Virus record (IMG/VR): IMGVR_UViG_3300045210_000027
Direction: 5' to 3' (one strand)
Source: an uncultured virus (IMG/VR IMGVR_UViG_3300045210_000027)
Lineage: Duplodnaviria; Heunggongvirae; Uroviricota; Caudoviricetes
DNA: 64,000 bases
Within the stretch, counting starts at the first letter, position 1; every line of letters begins with the position of its first letter. The notes under the pieces are model-generated. The model was not told the DNA's origin and made no database searches. It saw only the letters and a program-made list of their open reading frames with translations. The translations under genes and the position numbers were made by a program. Positions 28,469 through 36,822 of the stretch are shown here, one piece after another.

Positions 28469-28902
28469 CGGGCCCACCGCCTCGCGAGCCAGCCGACGGC
28501 GGAGACCGCTGCCATGCCGAGACCGACGGTCAGCAGGACGGCGCCCTCGATGCGGCGCCGCAGTCGGCCGCGCTCGTCGTGGGTGACGTACTCGCGGTCG
28601 ATGTCGGGCCAGTCCCAGGTGGTGTCGAGGCACGTCGCGGCGGTGTCGGGCTCGTCGTCGTCCTCGACGGCGATGTCGGGGACCCGGTCGGGGTGGATGC
28701 CGCACTGGCTGCACCCGTGGAGGAGGATGCCCGTGCAGTAGAGCTCGATGGCCTCGACCGTGTTGAAGTGCGTCAGGTGGTCGCAGAAGCGGCACTTCAC
28801 GGCGACGTGGTGGCCGATCGGGTAGACCTCGTGGGAACGGCCGACCAGGTCGGAGGCAAGCATCTCGCCGACGATCAGGACCGCATCCGGGTAGTCGTTC
28901 AT
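28465..28902 (-). CDS. Zinc-ribbon protein with C-terminal TM
   Basis: CRFC...CSQC; hydrophobic tail. Confidence 0.6.
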   Translation of the reverse strand: MNDYPDAVLIVGEMLASDLVGRSHEVYPIGHHVAVKCRFCDHLTHFNTVEAIELYCTGILLHGCSQCGIHPDRVPDIAVEDDDEPDTAATCLDTTWDWPDIDREYVTHDERGRLRRRIEGAVLLTVGLGMAAVSAVGWLARRWAR

Positions 28903-29282
28903 CAGTTCTCCTCGGTGTCTCCGGCCGCGTAGTCGCGGCCGCTCACTGCCGCCACGGCCTCACGGGCGGCGGTGCACGTGTAGTTGTGGTGGTGGTGCCT
29001 GGTCTCGTCCCGCTCGTCGAACGGGGCGGCCTGGGTGATCGAGCGGCACCAGCCCGAGAGGCGATCGACCGCGTACTGCGCCGTCACGTCGTCCTCCGCT
29101 GCCGGCACCGCGTCCAGGAGCATCGGCGAGCGCCCCGCGCCGGGTCCGGTGGTCACGAGGTCGGGCATGAAGCGGCGAGTGATGGTGAGGGCTCCGCAGC
29201 CGGTGTCGCAGGGGGTGGCGGTGCGGGCGATCGTGGCGGTGAGGCCGGCGGCGCGGAGGGTGCGGAGTTCGTCGTCGGTCAC
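28902..29282 (-). CDS. Hypothetical protein
   Basis: C...CGA...LDA.P...H..TC. Confidence 0.6.
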   Translation of the reverse strand: MTDDELRTLRAAGLTATIARTATPCDTGCGALTITRRFMPDLVTTGPGAGRSPMLLDAVPAAEDDVTAQYAVDRLSGWCRSITQAAPFDERDETRHHHHNYTCTAAREAVAAVSGRDYAAGDTEEN

Positions 29283-29722
29283 CACAGGGCGACCTCCTCG
29301 ACTCCGTCGCCTTCGAGCGGGACGGGTGAGGCCGGCGCGGGGGTGTCGGCGGGGCCGTCGTTGATCTGGACGTGCCCGCCGGCGAGCAGGGCCGCCTGGG
29401 TGCGTTGGTAGACGCGGACGGTTGCCCGGTGGGCGGAGGCGCCGGTCGACCGCTCGTAGACGTCGACCATGCGGCCGAAGATGTCCTGCCAGACCGCGGG
29501 CTTGAGAAGTCCGGCCTTCGATGCCGCGTAGAACAGGCCGCCACGCATGCTCGGCGGGATCTTCGCGCGGTCGAGCTCGGCCCGCAGGATGTTCACCGAC
29601 ACCGACGTGCCCGGCTCGACCTCGGCGACGACCTCGAAGAACCGCGCCTTGAACGCCTCGCGGCCCTCGATCGACTGCTCCTGGCCGGCGCGCTTCGCGG
29701 CCTCGGCCTCGTGGACGCTCAC
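29279..29722 (-). CDS. Hypothetical (winged-helix-like) protein
   Basis: GG.F..A...G.L...S....AH...V.VY motif. Confidence 0.6.
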   Translation of the reverse strand: MSVHEAEAAKRAGQEQSIEGREAFKARFFEVVAEVEPGTSVSVNILRAELDRAKIPPSMRGGLFYAASKAGLLKPAVWQDIFGRMVDVYERSTGASAHRATVRVYQRTQAALLAGGHVQINDGPADTPAPASPVPLEGDGVEEVALW

Positions 29723-29862
29723 CGGTGCTCACCCCCCGCCATGCGCGCCATACGTTCCCGCCGGGCCTTCTGCACGTCACGGTGAGCAGCCCGCACGCCG
29801 AGCACCAGCAGGGCCACCAGGCCAGCTGCGATCGCCCAGATCACGATCAGGTCCCCGCTCAT
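29719..29862 (-). CDS. 47-aa membrane protein
   Basis: N-terminal TM; coupled on both sides. Confidence 0.55.
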   Translation of the reverse strand: MSGDLIVIWAIAAGLVALLVLGVRAAHRDVQKARRERMARMAGGEHR

Positions 29863-30248
29863 GACCGGATCTCCGCGTGTGGGTCCACGCCGCGGCGCAG
29901 CGGGGCGACCATCACCCCGAGGAGCGCGTCGATCCGGATCACGCCCGTCCGGCGCGCCGTCCCCTCGAGAAGGTCCAGCAGCTCGGCGAGCGCCTCCATG
30001 AGCGTGGTCTCGCGGACGAGGGTCGAGCGGGCGTGGAGGGCGTCGATGCGGGAGCGAGTCGCGGTGATCATCCCCGCGGTGATCGAGGGGATCTCCGCGA
30101 TCGGGCGGGAGTCACCACCATCGATCGCCGCGAGCTCGACACCGGCGGGCGGCTCGTCATCCGTGAGCGCGAGCGATGCCGCGCACTCGCGGGCCGACAG
30201 CGACGGGCGGGTGTCGGGTGGCGAGTCGACTGCGTTCAGGTAGCACAT
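29859..30248 (-). CDS. Hypothetical protein
   Basis: ORF in early operon. Confidence 0.5.
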   Translation of the reverse strand: MCYLNAVDSPPDTRPSLSARECAASLALTDDEPPAGVELAAIDGGDSRPIAEIPSITAGMITATRSRIDALHARSTLVRETTLMEALAELLDLLEGTARRTGVIRIDALLGVMVAPLRRGVDPHAEIRS

Positions 30249-30352
30249 GTCGTAGCCTCGATTCGTTCGTTCGATGCGACGCCCCGGTCTTCTTGGTCGA
30301 TAGCCGGGGCGTCGTCTTGTCTGCGGGTGGGGGCGACGCTGATCAGCGGTGA

Positions 30353-30802
30353 TCAGTCGTCGGAGTCGTCTTCCGGGATGAGGCGGAGCAGATCGGCGAT
30401 CGACTTGCCGGCCACGTCGGCCGCGACCGCCGCGACGTCGAGCGCGTCCGCGTCGAGCCGGTGGAAGCCGAGGTAGTCCGCGGAGCGCAGCAGGTGCACG
30501 ACGGACTCGAGGCGCGTTCGGATCTGCGTCAGCTTCTTCGAGCGGTCCACCGACTGCCGGTCACGGTCCGCCGGTGCCCACTCCGGCGCAGGCTGCGCAG
30601 GCGGGCCGGGCTTGGGTACCGTCCGGGCGGCCGCCATCGAGGCCAGCGGGACGTTGACCGCGGCGATGACATCAGCGCGCGGGTGACGGGCCGCGATCGC
30701 GCCCGGAGGGATCTCCGGCTCTCCGCCGGCGACCGGGATGAGAGGCGGCTGCGGCGTGGGGAAGTTGCCCGGCACGCTGGAACCCGCGAGGTTGCCGGTC
30801 AT
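30353..30802 (-). CDS. Hypothetical protein
   Basis: ATGA-coupled. Confidence 0.55.
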   Translation of the reverse strand: MTGNLAGSSVPGNFPTPQPPLIPVAGGEPEIPPGAIAARHPRADVIAAVNVPLASMAAARTVPKPGPPAQPAPEWAPADRDRQSVDRSKKLTQIRTRLESVVHLLRSADYLGFHRLDADALDVAAVAADVAGKSIADLLRLIPEDDSDD

Positions 30803-31422
30803 CGCTCGTCCGCCGATCCAGCGCGGTCGAGTTCAGCCTCGGCCAGGCCCACCGCCCCGGTGGACCCGGCCGACGCCGCGGCACCGTCAGGAGCGGGGAA
30901 GGGAGCACCCGCTCGACTGTCGGCGCCTACCCCTACGGTCGGAATATCGCCAGACGCGCCCGCGTCCGACGACCTACCAGCGGCACGAGTTACCAGCTCG
31001 TCCCGCTCGACCGAAAGGGAGTTCCCATGCGATTCAGCGTCACCTACGGCACCGAGACCTTCACCGTCGAGGGCGAGAGTCTCGACTCCGTCGCGGCCAG
31101 CTACTGCACGCAGCAAGGAAGCGGCCTCTTCCCGGCCGGCATCCGCAAGGCGGAGGACGGAAACAGGCTCGAGGTCCGTCTGATCGTCGGAGCCCCGTTC
31201 CCGATCATCGTCCGCGCTGACCGCGTTCAATAGATACGGCGCTACGTCACCTAGGATCTCGGCGGCGATCGACGCGACCGCTCGGGCCTGTCGATCGCCG
31301 TCTTCGGGCGCCGACAAATCCGCCAACTCGCGGGCCTGGTGGATCAGCCCGTCCACGGCCGCGAGAACCTTCCTCGTGCGGGTGAGCGGGAAGACATCGA
31401 GGCGAGGCAGGTCGTCGCTCAT
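30799..31422 (-). CDS. Hypothetical early protein spanning a nested antisense gene
   Basis: TGATG start and ATGA end; middle overlaps 31027-31233(+). Confidence 0.45.
   Translation of the reverse strand: MSDDLPRLDVFPLTRTRKVLAAVDGLIHQARELADLSAPEDGDRQARAVASIAAEILGDVAPYLLNAVSADDDRERGSDDQTDLEPVSVLRLADAGREEAASLLRAVAGRDGVETLALDGEGLGAVGDAESHGNSLSVERDELVTRAAGRSSDAGASGDIPTVGVGADSRAGAPFPAPDGAAASAGSTGAVGLAEAELDRAGSADER
31027..31233 (+). CDS. 68-aa hypothetical protein
   Basis: GAAAGGGAG RBS; globular composition; high GC at third codon positions. Confidence 0.7.
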   Translation: MRFSVTYGTETFTVEGESLDSVAASYCTQQGSGLFPAGIRKAEDGNRLEVRLIVGAPFPIIVRADRVQ

Positions 31423-31921
31423 CACGCACCCGCCTTCGCAGTCACGCGGTTGCCGCGGCGAACCGAGCGCGCATGCGGCCCCCGCGTGGTTGAGTTGGGA
31501 ATGCTGGCCACATCCGCGATGCGGGCCCATCCGCCTCGCCGGCCAGCACCCCCGCCCCCACGGACCACAGGAGAGCCCCCATGGCCACACTCGTCACCGC
31601 GAGCGCGCGCATCAGCGTCGCCGACACTGACGCCTTCGAGATGATCAGCGATGCCCGCGTTCAAGCAACCGAGGGGCGCACTGCGGTCTTCACCGTCAAG
31701 GACATCGAGACCGGGACGGTTCACGCGTTCCTCGCCGGTCCCGGACAGCATCTCGCCATCGAGCTCGACTCCGACCTCGAGGCGGCCGCGTTCGCCGACT
31801 TCATCACCGACGGCCAGATGACCTTCTACGACAACTGACGTGGGGCCCGCGCCTCGGCTGCCAAGCTCGGCGGCCGAGGCGTCGTCGTACTTCCACCAGT
31901 TCATCACGCACCCGCCTTCGC
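31419..31921. repeat. 21-bp direct repeat tcatcacgcacccgccttcgc (31419-31439 and 31901-31921)
   Basis: Exact match read from the sequence. Confidence 0.9.
31581..31838 (+). CDS. 85-aa acidic hypothetical protein
   Basis: AGGAG RBS; typical codon usage. Confidence 0.75.
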   Translation: MATLVTASARISVADTDAFEMISDARVQATEGRTAVFTVKDIETGTVHAFLAGPGQHLAIELDSDLEAAAFADFITDGQMTFYDN

Positions 31922-32152
31922 GTGATCGCCGGCGAGCGCCGGGTCGTCATCGACCAGCACGCTCATCGGCACGCCGATTCGTTCCGCGATCAGTTCCAGC
32001 TCGGCGAGGTTGATCGGCCGCGCTCCGGTGAGCTTCTGGCTGATCGCTCCGCTGCTGATGTGGAGCACCTCGGCGAGATCCGCCTGACGGAGACCTCGTC
32101 GAGCCATCTCCGCTCGAATGTTAGAGAGTGTTGCACCGCGTAAGATCTGCAT
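31904..32152 (-). CDS. Cro-like XRE HTH protein
   Basis: IRAEMARRGLRQADLAE.L.IS..AIS.KL.G; divergent from repressor. Confidence 0.9.
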   Translation of the reverse strand: MQILRGATLSNIRAEMARRGLRQADLAEVLHISSGAISQKLTGARPINLAELELIAERIGVPMSVLVDDDPALAGDHAKAGA

Positions 32153-32265
32153 GCGGCATGTCTACACCACGTCACAGGGTCTTGCAAGCCGCAAGATCAG
32201 CGCGTTGCGAAACCTGGACTTGCAGACCCTTCCGCATTCTTACGGTGCGTTGTAGACTCTCACGT
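32153..32265. promoter_or_regulatory. Divergent leaderless promoters of the genetic switch
   Basis: Minus strand: TTGCAA(32182-87)-17 nt-TAGACA(32159-64) just upstream of cro ATG. Plus strand: TAGACT(32253-58) seven nt before repressor ATG. Confidence 0.7.
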
Positions 32266-32769
32266 ATGACAGCTACGCCAATCCATCCGCAGGCATCGCC
32301 CGATGAGCCCCCGCTCGCGTATGTCGTGGCGGCAAACATCCGCGCAGAGATTGGCCGAGCCGGCCTGACGAAGCTTGAGGTCGCCCGCCGTCTCGGTCTC
32401 TCATCCGGCGGCTTCTCGCTGAAGCTGAGCGGAGCTCGACCGATCACGCTCGGGGAGATCGAGGCGATTGCCGACATGTTCGGGCTGGACCCCGCCGAAC
32501 TGCTCGTGCGCAGGACGCCCCGTCGCGGCCCAGAAATGGCGAATGCCCCGGTCGCATACGCGACCGGGGCATCTGCGCGCCCGAAGGGACTCGAACCCCC
32601 AACCTTCTGGTCTGGAGTCCAGCGCGACGAGCACCTCGCCGAGATCGTCCCGCTCCCGGTGGTCTCCGAGCCGGCTATCGAGCGCGACGAGCTCGCGACC
32701 GTCCACACCCTCTCACCTGCGACCACGCTGTCCACAGACGTGGATCTCGAACTGCCTCACGCCCGCTGA
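32266..32769 (+). CDS. Immunity repressor (XRE HTH) containing an att core; 167-aa untruncated form
   Basis: HTH resembling the cro protein; ...RPKGLEPPTFW is encoded by the antisense of a tRNA 3' half. Confidence 0.9.
   Translation: MTATPIHPQASPDEPPLAYVVAANIRAEIGRAGLTKLEVARRLGLSSGGFSLKLSGARPITLGEIEAIADMFGLDPAELLVRRTPRRGPEMANAPVAYATGASARPKGLEPPTFWSGVQRDEHLAEIVPLPVVSEPAIERDELATVHTLSPATTLSTDVDLELPHAR
32543..32572 (-). terminator. Hairpin that would follow the reconstituted tRNA
   Basis: Perfect 13-bp stem atgccccggtcgc-atac-gcgaccggggcat. Confidence 0.7.
32574..32609 (-). other. att core equal to the 3' half of a tRNA (Arg-like)
   Basis: Minus strand CAGAAGGTTGGGGGTTCGAGTCCCTTCGGGCGCGCA: T-arm GTTCGA plus acceptor strand; no 5' half. 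Confidence 0.9.
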
Positions 32770-32790
32770 TCCGGTGTTGAAATCGCGAGC

Positions 32791-33618
32791 ATGAGAGAGA
32801 AACCGATCACTCCGGAATGGTCCAAGGCCCTCAACGATTGGTCGGCAGAGATGCGCTCTGCCAGCCGCTCCCCCGGCACAATCACCACCCGCACAGACCA
32901 CCTCCGACGATGCTCCCGCGCCCTCGGCGTCGGACCGTGGGACGTCACCCCCGACGACCTCGTGGCCTGGACCGCGGCGCAAACGTGGTCGGCCGCCACC
33001 CGCCGAAGCGTCCGCGCGTCGCTCCGAGGCTTCTGGGAATGGGCCACCCGCACCGGACGCTGCACCACCTCGCCCGCCATCGTGCTGCCCAAAGTCCGCG
33101 AACCCGACCACCGGCCGCGACCCACCCCGGATGCCGCACTCCGCGAGGCGATCATGCGCGCCGACCACCGCGTCCGGCTCATGATCGAGCTCGGCGCCCA
33201 CCGCGGCCTCCGGCGCGCCGAAGTCGCCTGCGTCCACATCAGCGACCTCGTGCAAGACCTCGACGGCTGGACGCTCCTCGTCCACGGCAAGGGCGGCCGG
33301 CGCCGGTTCATCCCGCTCGACAACGGACTCGCCGACCGGATCCGCGCCGCCTGCCAGGACGGGGCCGGCTACGCCTTCCCCGGTAAGATCGACGGCCACC
33401 TCTCCCCCAGATGGGTGGGCGAGCTCGTCGCGGAGGCCCTCCCGGGCGAGTGGACCATGCACAGCCTGCGTCACCGATTCGCCACCAAGACCTGGCGCGC
33501 CACCAACGATCTCCTCGCCGTGCAACAACTGCTCGGGCACTCCACCCCCACCATCACGCAGCGCTACGTCGACGTCGACCGCGCACGCCTCCGCGTCGTC
33601 GCCCAGACGGCCGCCTAA
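32791..33618 (+). CDS. int: Tyrosine integrase (short, no arm-binding domain, C-terminal -AA)
   Basis: GLRRAE, GKG, HSLRH, LGH and Y catalytic set. Confidence 0.95.
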   Translation: MREKPITPEWSKALNDWSAEMRSASRSPGTITTRTDHLRRCSRALGVGPWDVTPDDLVAWTAAQTWSAATRRSVRASLRGFWEWATRTGRCTTSPAIVLPKVREPDHRPRPTPDAALREAIMRADHRVRLMIELGAHRGLRRAEVACVHISDLVQDLDGWTLLVHGKGGRRRFIPLDNGLADRIRAACQDGAGYAFPGKIDGHLSPRWVGELVAEALPGEWTMHSLRHRFATKTWRATNDLLAVQQLLGHSTPTITQRYVDVDRARLRVVAQTAA

Positions 33619-33687
33619 CCGGACCACCCGGTGCCAGAACTGGCATACCCTCCACACAATCCCCCGCCCCACCCCGAAAGGCCCACC

Positions 33688-34071
33688 ATGCACACGCGCC
33701 CCCGAACGCGAATCGCCCTCGCCGTACCCGTCGCCCTGCTCGCTCTCGCTGGCTGCACCTCCCCCGAGCAGGAAGCGATCAACGAGATGAACGAGCAAGC
33801 CGAGATCAACGAGCAGATGATGGAAGAAGAGTTCGGCTTCCTCGACGAGGACGAGGCCGCACCCCTGACGCCACTCTCGCCACACCTAGGACTGTCCGAG
33901 CTCGAGGACCGCGACTTCTACCCCGCGTGGGAACGGCGCCCTGACGAGTGGAACGAGATGGACTGCGAATCCTGGCGCAGCGACCGTGAGGGCCAACTGA
34001 TCTCGTGGCACATGCAGGTCCCCGAGGTCGAGGACTCGATCCTCGAGGACTTCTACGACGACGTCTGCTAA
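33688..34071 (+). CDS. Acidic lipoprotein
   Basis: Signal peptide with LAGC lipobox; GAAAGG RBS. Confidence 0.8.
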   Translation: MHTRPRTRIALAVPVALLALAGCTSPEQEAINEMNEQAEINEQMMEEEFGFLDEDEAAPLTPLSPHLGLSELEDRDFYPAWERRPDEWNEMDCESWRSDREGQLISWHMQVPEVEDSILEDFYDDVC

Positions 34072-34089
34072 CTCCGACCACCGACACAC

Positions 34090-34129
34090 AAGGGCCCGTC
34101 TCGATCACCGACGATCGAGACGGGCCCTT
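34090..34129. terminator. Bidirectional terminator hairpin
   Basis: 17-bp perfect stem between convergent genes. Confidence 0.8.
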
Positions 34130-34414
34130 CTAGCGCCGCGTGATGTCGGCGGCGTCGAGCCACACTCCGAGGATCTGCCGCCGGCGGTCGTGGATGCTGA
34201 TGAGGACGGCGCGGCCGGACCACGCGACGGCCTGAGTGTCGAGCTGCTCCTCCCCGTCGCGTTCCCAGTGGATGCGCGCGGTGACGGGGATGGGTTCGGG
34301 TGCGTCGACCTGGTCGTGGCGGGGCGGGATCGGGACCTCGTTGGTGATCGCCTGCCAGAGGTCGGCGTCGGCGTCCCAGGAGCCGGGGTCGGTCATGGGT
34401 GGTCTCTTGCTCAC
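34130..34414 (-). CDS. Hypothetical small beta-rich protein
   Basis: V.ARI.WE.DGEE...A.AW...VWL.A.D. Confidence 0.7.
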   Translation of the reverse strand: MSKRPPMTDPGSWDADADLWQAITNEVPIPPRHDQVDAPEPIPVTARIHWERDGEEQLDTQAVAWSGRAVLISIHDRRRQILGVWLDAADITRR

Positions 34415-35115
34415 CAGCGGTGAAGCACGCTTGTGCCCTCCGTGCGCACGGAATCAGGAGGGGTCAACGTCCAGCCCTGCTTGCGCAAGACATCAGCCGC
34501 CTCCTCCTGCAAGTCGCGCACGGTGGTACGAAACTGCCGTCGCCGCCACTTCTCTCGACCGGCTTTCAGCGCGCCTTCCCAGCCCGTTTTGCAATCCACG
34601 CCGAGCTCCCTGACCGCGAACTCCAGAACATCCTCGACGCACGGCCGGAAGCGTTCTCCACCAACTGGAAAGTGCAGCGAGGACATGTCGTGCGGATTCT
34701 GGACCACGTCGCTGCGCACCGCGTGAGCTTGACCAAGCAGGTGCGAAAGCGCTCCGCGGTCAGCATGGATGTGCCAATGAGCGAACGGGGCGTCCTTCGC
34801 CATGTCGGACCTGAACTCTTGGCGGATGAGCGGCGTTCGATCGAGTACCGACTCGATGGCAACGGCAGATCCCATCGTCTTCAAGAACTCTCCGGAGTGG
34901 TCGAGCCCTAGAAACACCTGAACCTTCAGCTTTGCAGCGAGCACCTCACCGATATAGAGCGGGACCCGCTGCGACTTCGCTTCGGAACCGGCCGGCCGGA
35001 CTACGTACCTACCGTTGTGGGCGACCGATATGAGTTGGAAGTCGCCGGGCAGCACCCCGCTGAGTGTCTCTTGGAGTTCTTGCGCGAAAGCCGCGGCTCG
35101 TTCTCTGAGGTCCAA
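34411..35115 (-). CDS. Accessory protein with HxH motif (putative toxin/defence effector)
   Basis: AHWHIHA and LHFPVGGERFRP; lower GC; start uncertain (TTG 35115). Confidence 0.65.
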   Translation of the reverse strand: MDLRERAAAFAQELQETLSGVLPGDFQLISVAHNGRYVVRPAGSEAKSQRVPLYIGEVLAAKLKVQVFLGLDHSGEFLKTMGSAVAIESVLDRTPLIRQEFRSDMAKDAPFAHWHIHADRGALSHLLGQAHAVRSDVVQNPHDMSSLHFPVGGERFRPCVEDVLEFAVRELGVDCKTGWEGALKAGREKWRRRQFRTTVRDLQEEAADVLRKQGWTLTPPDSVRTEGTSVLHRW

Positions 35116-35128
35116 GTGATGACGCTGT

Positions 35129-35314
35129 TCAGTCGTCAGCGCCCAGAAGGAACGTGATCGCGTCGAGTTCCTCCTTAGCGTCCCACTCCTCGCCAGAGAG
35201 CGTGCGCGTAGCCACGGCGCGCTCGAACTCGCGCTCGGTGAGTTCGATCCGCCGGAGGATCTGTTCGCGGCGTGCGACAAGGTCTGCGCTGCTGACGTCG
35301 ATTACGGGTGCCAT
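35129..35314 (-). CDS. 61-aa acidic protein (putative antitoxin/partner)
   Basis: GGGAGG RBS; TACTGT -10 at 35342-47. Confidence 0.7.
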   Translation of the reverse strand: MAPVIDVSSADLVARREQILRRIELTEREFERAVATRTLSGEEWDAKEELDAITFLLGADD

Positions 35315-35517
35315 GACAACCTCCCTTGGTCTGTGTGGCCCACAGTAGACCACGCAGGACAGACACTGACGTCGGTCGGACACCGCGTGCCACCGACCCC
35401 CAGGCACGACAAATCGCCCCCGCCCAGCCGAAGCTGAGCGGGGGCGGTGTCGTTGGCGCGCGACCCCGGCCTTCCAGGGGGGTGGGTTGTGGGCGCGGGG
35501 CCACGCTGAGGGAGAGG

Positions 35518-35745
35518 CTACTCGTGCCTGCCCGGCGTGGACTCCACCGGGCGGACGAGGTACCCGCCGACGATCGAGCCGACAGCGGCCAGGAGCACGG
35601 CGAACGCTGCCGAGACCTCGGTGGGGACGTCGACGCCGATGAGGGACAGGAGCCAGACGAGGACGATGGCGGCGGCGCCGGCGACGCCGGTGCCGGCGGC
35701 CGCGGCGGTGGTGACGGGTCCGATGGTGCGGGGGGTCGTGTTCAT
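35518..35745 (-). CDS. Holin
   Basis: 75 aa, two TM segments, directly after endolysin. Confidence 0.8.
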   Translation of the reverse strand: MNTTPRTIGPVTTAAAAGTGVAGAAAIVLVWLLSLIGVDVPTEVSAAFAVLLAAVGSIVGGYLVRPVESTPGRHE

Positions 35746-35747
35746 GG

Positions 35748-36812
35748 TCAGGCGCCCTTCTGGTTCTTGGGGTTGCGGGGGTCGAGCTGGGACAGGACTA
35801 CGTTGTTCTGCTCGATGCGTTCGCGGCCCTTCACGAGGTCGGCGGTGCGGATCTCTGCGACCAGGTCGGTGACGGCGCCTGCGACGGCGGCGAGCTGCTC
35901 GAGGATGACTTCGAGCCGGCGTTCGTTGCGCTCGGTCGCGGCCTTCAGCTTCTGGCTGTCGGTCGCGAGGGTCTTCACGGTGGCCATGTCTGCCTCCAAG
36001 GCGGTGGTGGTGATGGGGCCGGGGTCGCCGTCGGTGACGAGGCCGGCGTCGTGCTGGTAGGTGCGCACTGCGGTGCGGGTGGCGTCGCCGAGGACGCCGT
36101 CGATCAGCCACTTCGTGGTGTCGAGGTAGCCGAGGTCGGCGAGCGCCTGCTGGATCTTCTTGATGCCGGCCGCGGGTGCGGGCGCCGGGGAAGGGCCAGG
36201 ATCCGAGCTGCCGGTGATCTGCTTGGCGCGGGCGAGGATGGTCGGCATCTGCAAGATCCGGTCGTCACCCGGGCAGGTCTTGCCGAAGGCCGATGACCAC
36301 CGCTCGGTCTTGAGGTTGGAGCGGTGCAGGCCAAGGAGGCCGGGCCGGCCGGAGAAGTTGCCCTGCACGCCGAGGCGATGCCAGCCCAGGCCGTGCTGAC
36401 TCGTCGCGGAGGAGGTCATGAGGCGGAGGGGGACGTCGTAGGTGCGGTGCGCCCACGCGGCGATCTGGGCGAGGGTCTCGACCTGGGCGTCCGTCCACGG
36501 CTCACCGTCCACGCCCTGGGTCTCGACGGTGATGGCGCGCAGGTCGCCGTCCCCGCACGCCCAGGAGACGTGGTCGGCGTCGACGTACTGCTCGACCAAC
36601 CCGCTGTAGAGCACGAACAGGTGAGAGGACGCGCGGACGGCAGGGATGTTGAACCAGTCGCGCAGGCTCGCGGCCTTGGATGCGGCGACGTGGTAGATCA
36701 CGGCCGTCGTCCCGCCAGGGCGGGCCGCGGTCCGGTCGATCTTGCCACCGCTGCGAACGAGGCCGTGGTTCGTGCTGATGGGCTTCTGGATGGCACCGGG
36801 GAACTGGGCCAT
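35748..36812 (-). CDS. Endolysin (amidase plus peptidoglycan-binding plus C-terminal coil)
   Basis: YH, SSHLFV, ETQG, WH, KTCPG; IQQAL..LGY...DG..G..T..AV..YQ. Confidence 0.92.
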   Translation of the reverse strand: MAQFPGAIQKPISTNHGLVRSGGKIDRTAARPGGTTAVIYHVAASKAASLRDWFNIPAVRASSHLFVLYSGLVEQYVDADHVSWACGDGDLRAITVETQGVDGEPWTDAQVETLAQIAAWAHRTYDVPLRLMTSSATSQHGLGWHRLGVQGNFSGRPGLLGLHRSNLKTERWSSAFGKTCPGDDRILQMPTILARAKQITGSSDPGPSPAPAPAAGIKKIQQALADLGYLDTTKWLIDGVLGDATRTAVRTYQHDAGLVTDGDPGPITTTALEADMATVKTLATDSQKLKAATERNERRLEVILEQLAAVAGAVTDLVAEIRTADLVKGRERIEQNNVVLSQLDPRNPKNQKGA

Positions 36813-36822
36813 GGTGGCCTCC

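Larger units (their letters stand above)
1..32609 (-). mobile_element. Prophage A (siphovirus, HK97-like head), left end outside window
   Basis: Ordered lysis-tail-head-terminase-early-cro/repressor modules, ending at the att core inside the repressor. Confidence 0.9.

Noticed and set aside
32574..32630. Intact tRNA gene
   Set aside because: Only the T-arm and 3' acceptor strand are present; similarity stops near the anticodon arm, so it is an att core
33619..35517. Host chromosomal spacer between the two prophages
   Set aside because: No housekeeping genes or second att copy; the content and position fit a phage accessory region between int and lysis genes
1..35947. Simple tandem duplication of one prophage
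   Set aside because: Head, tail, terminase and most early genes of A and B are dissimilar; only three short modules are near-identical
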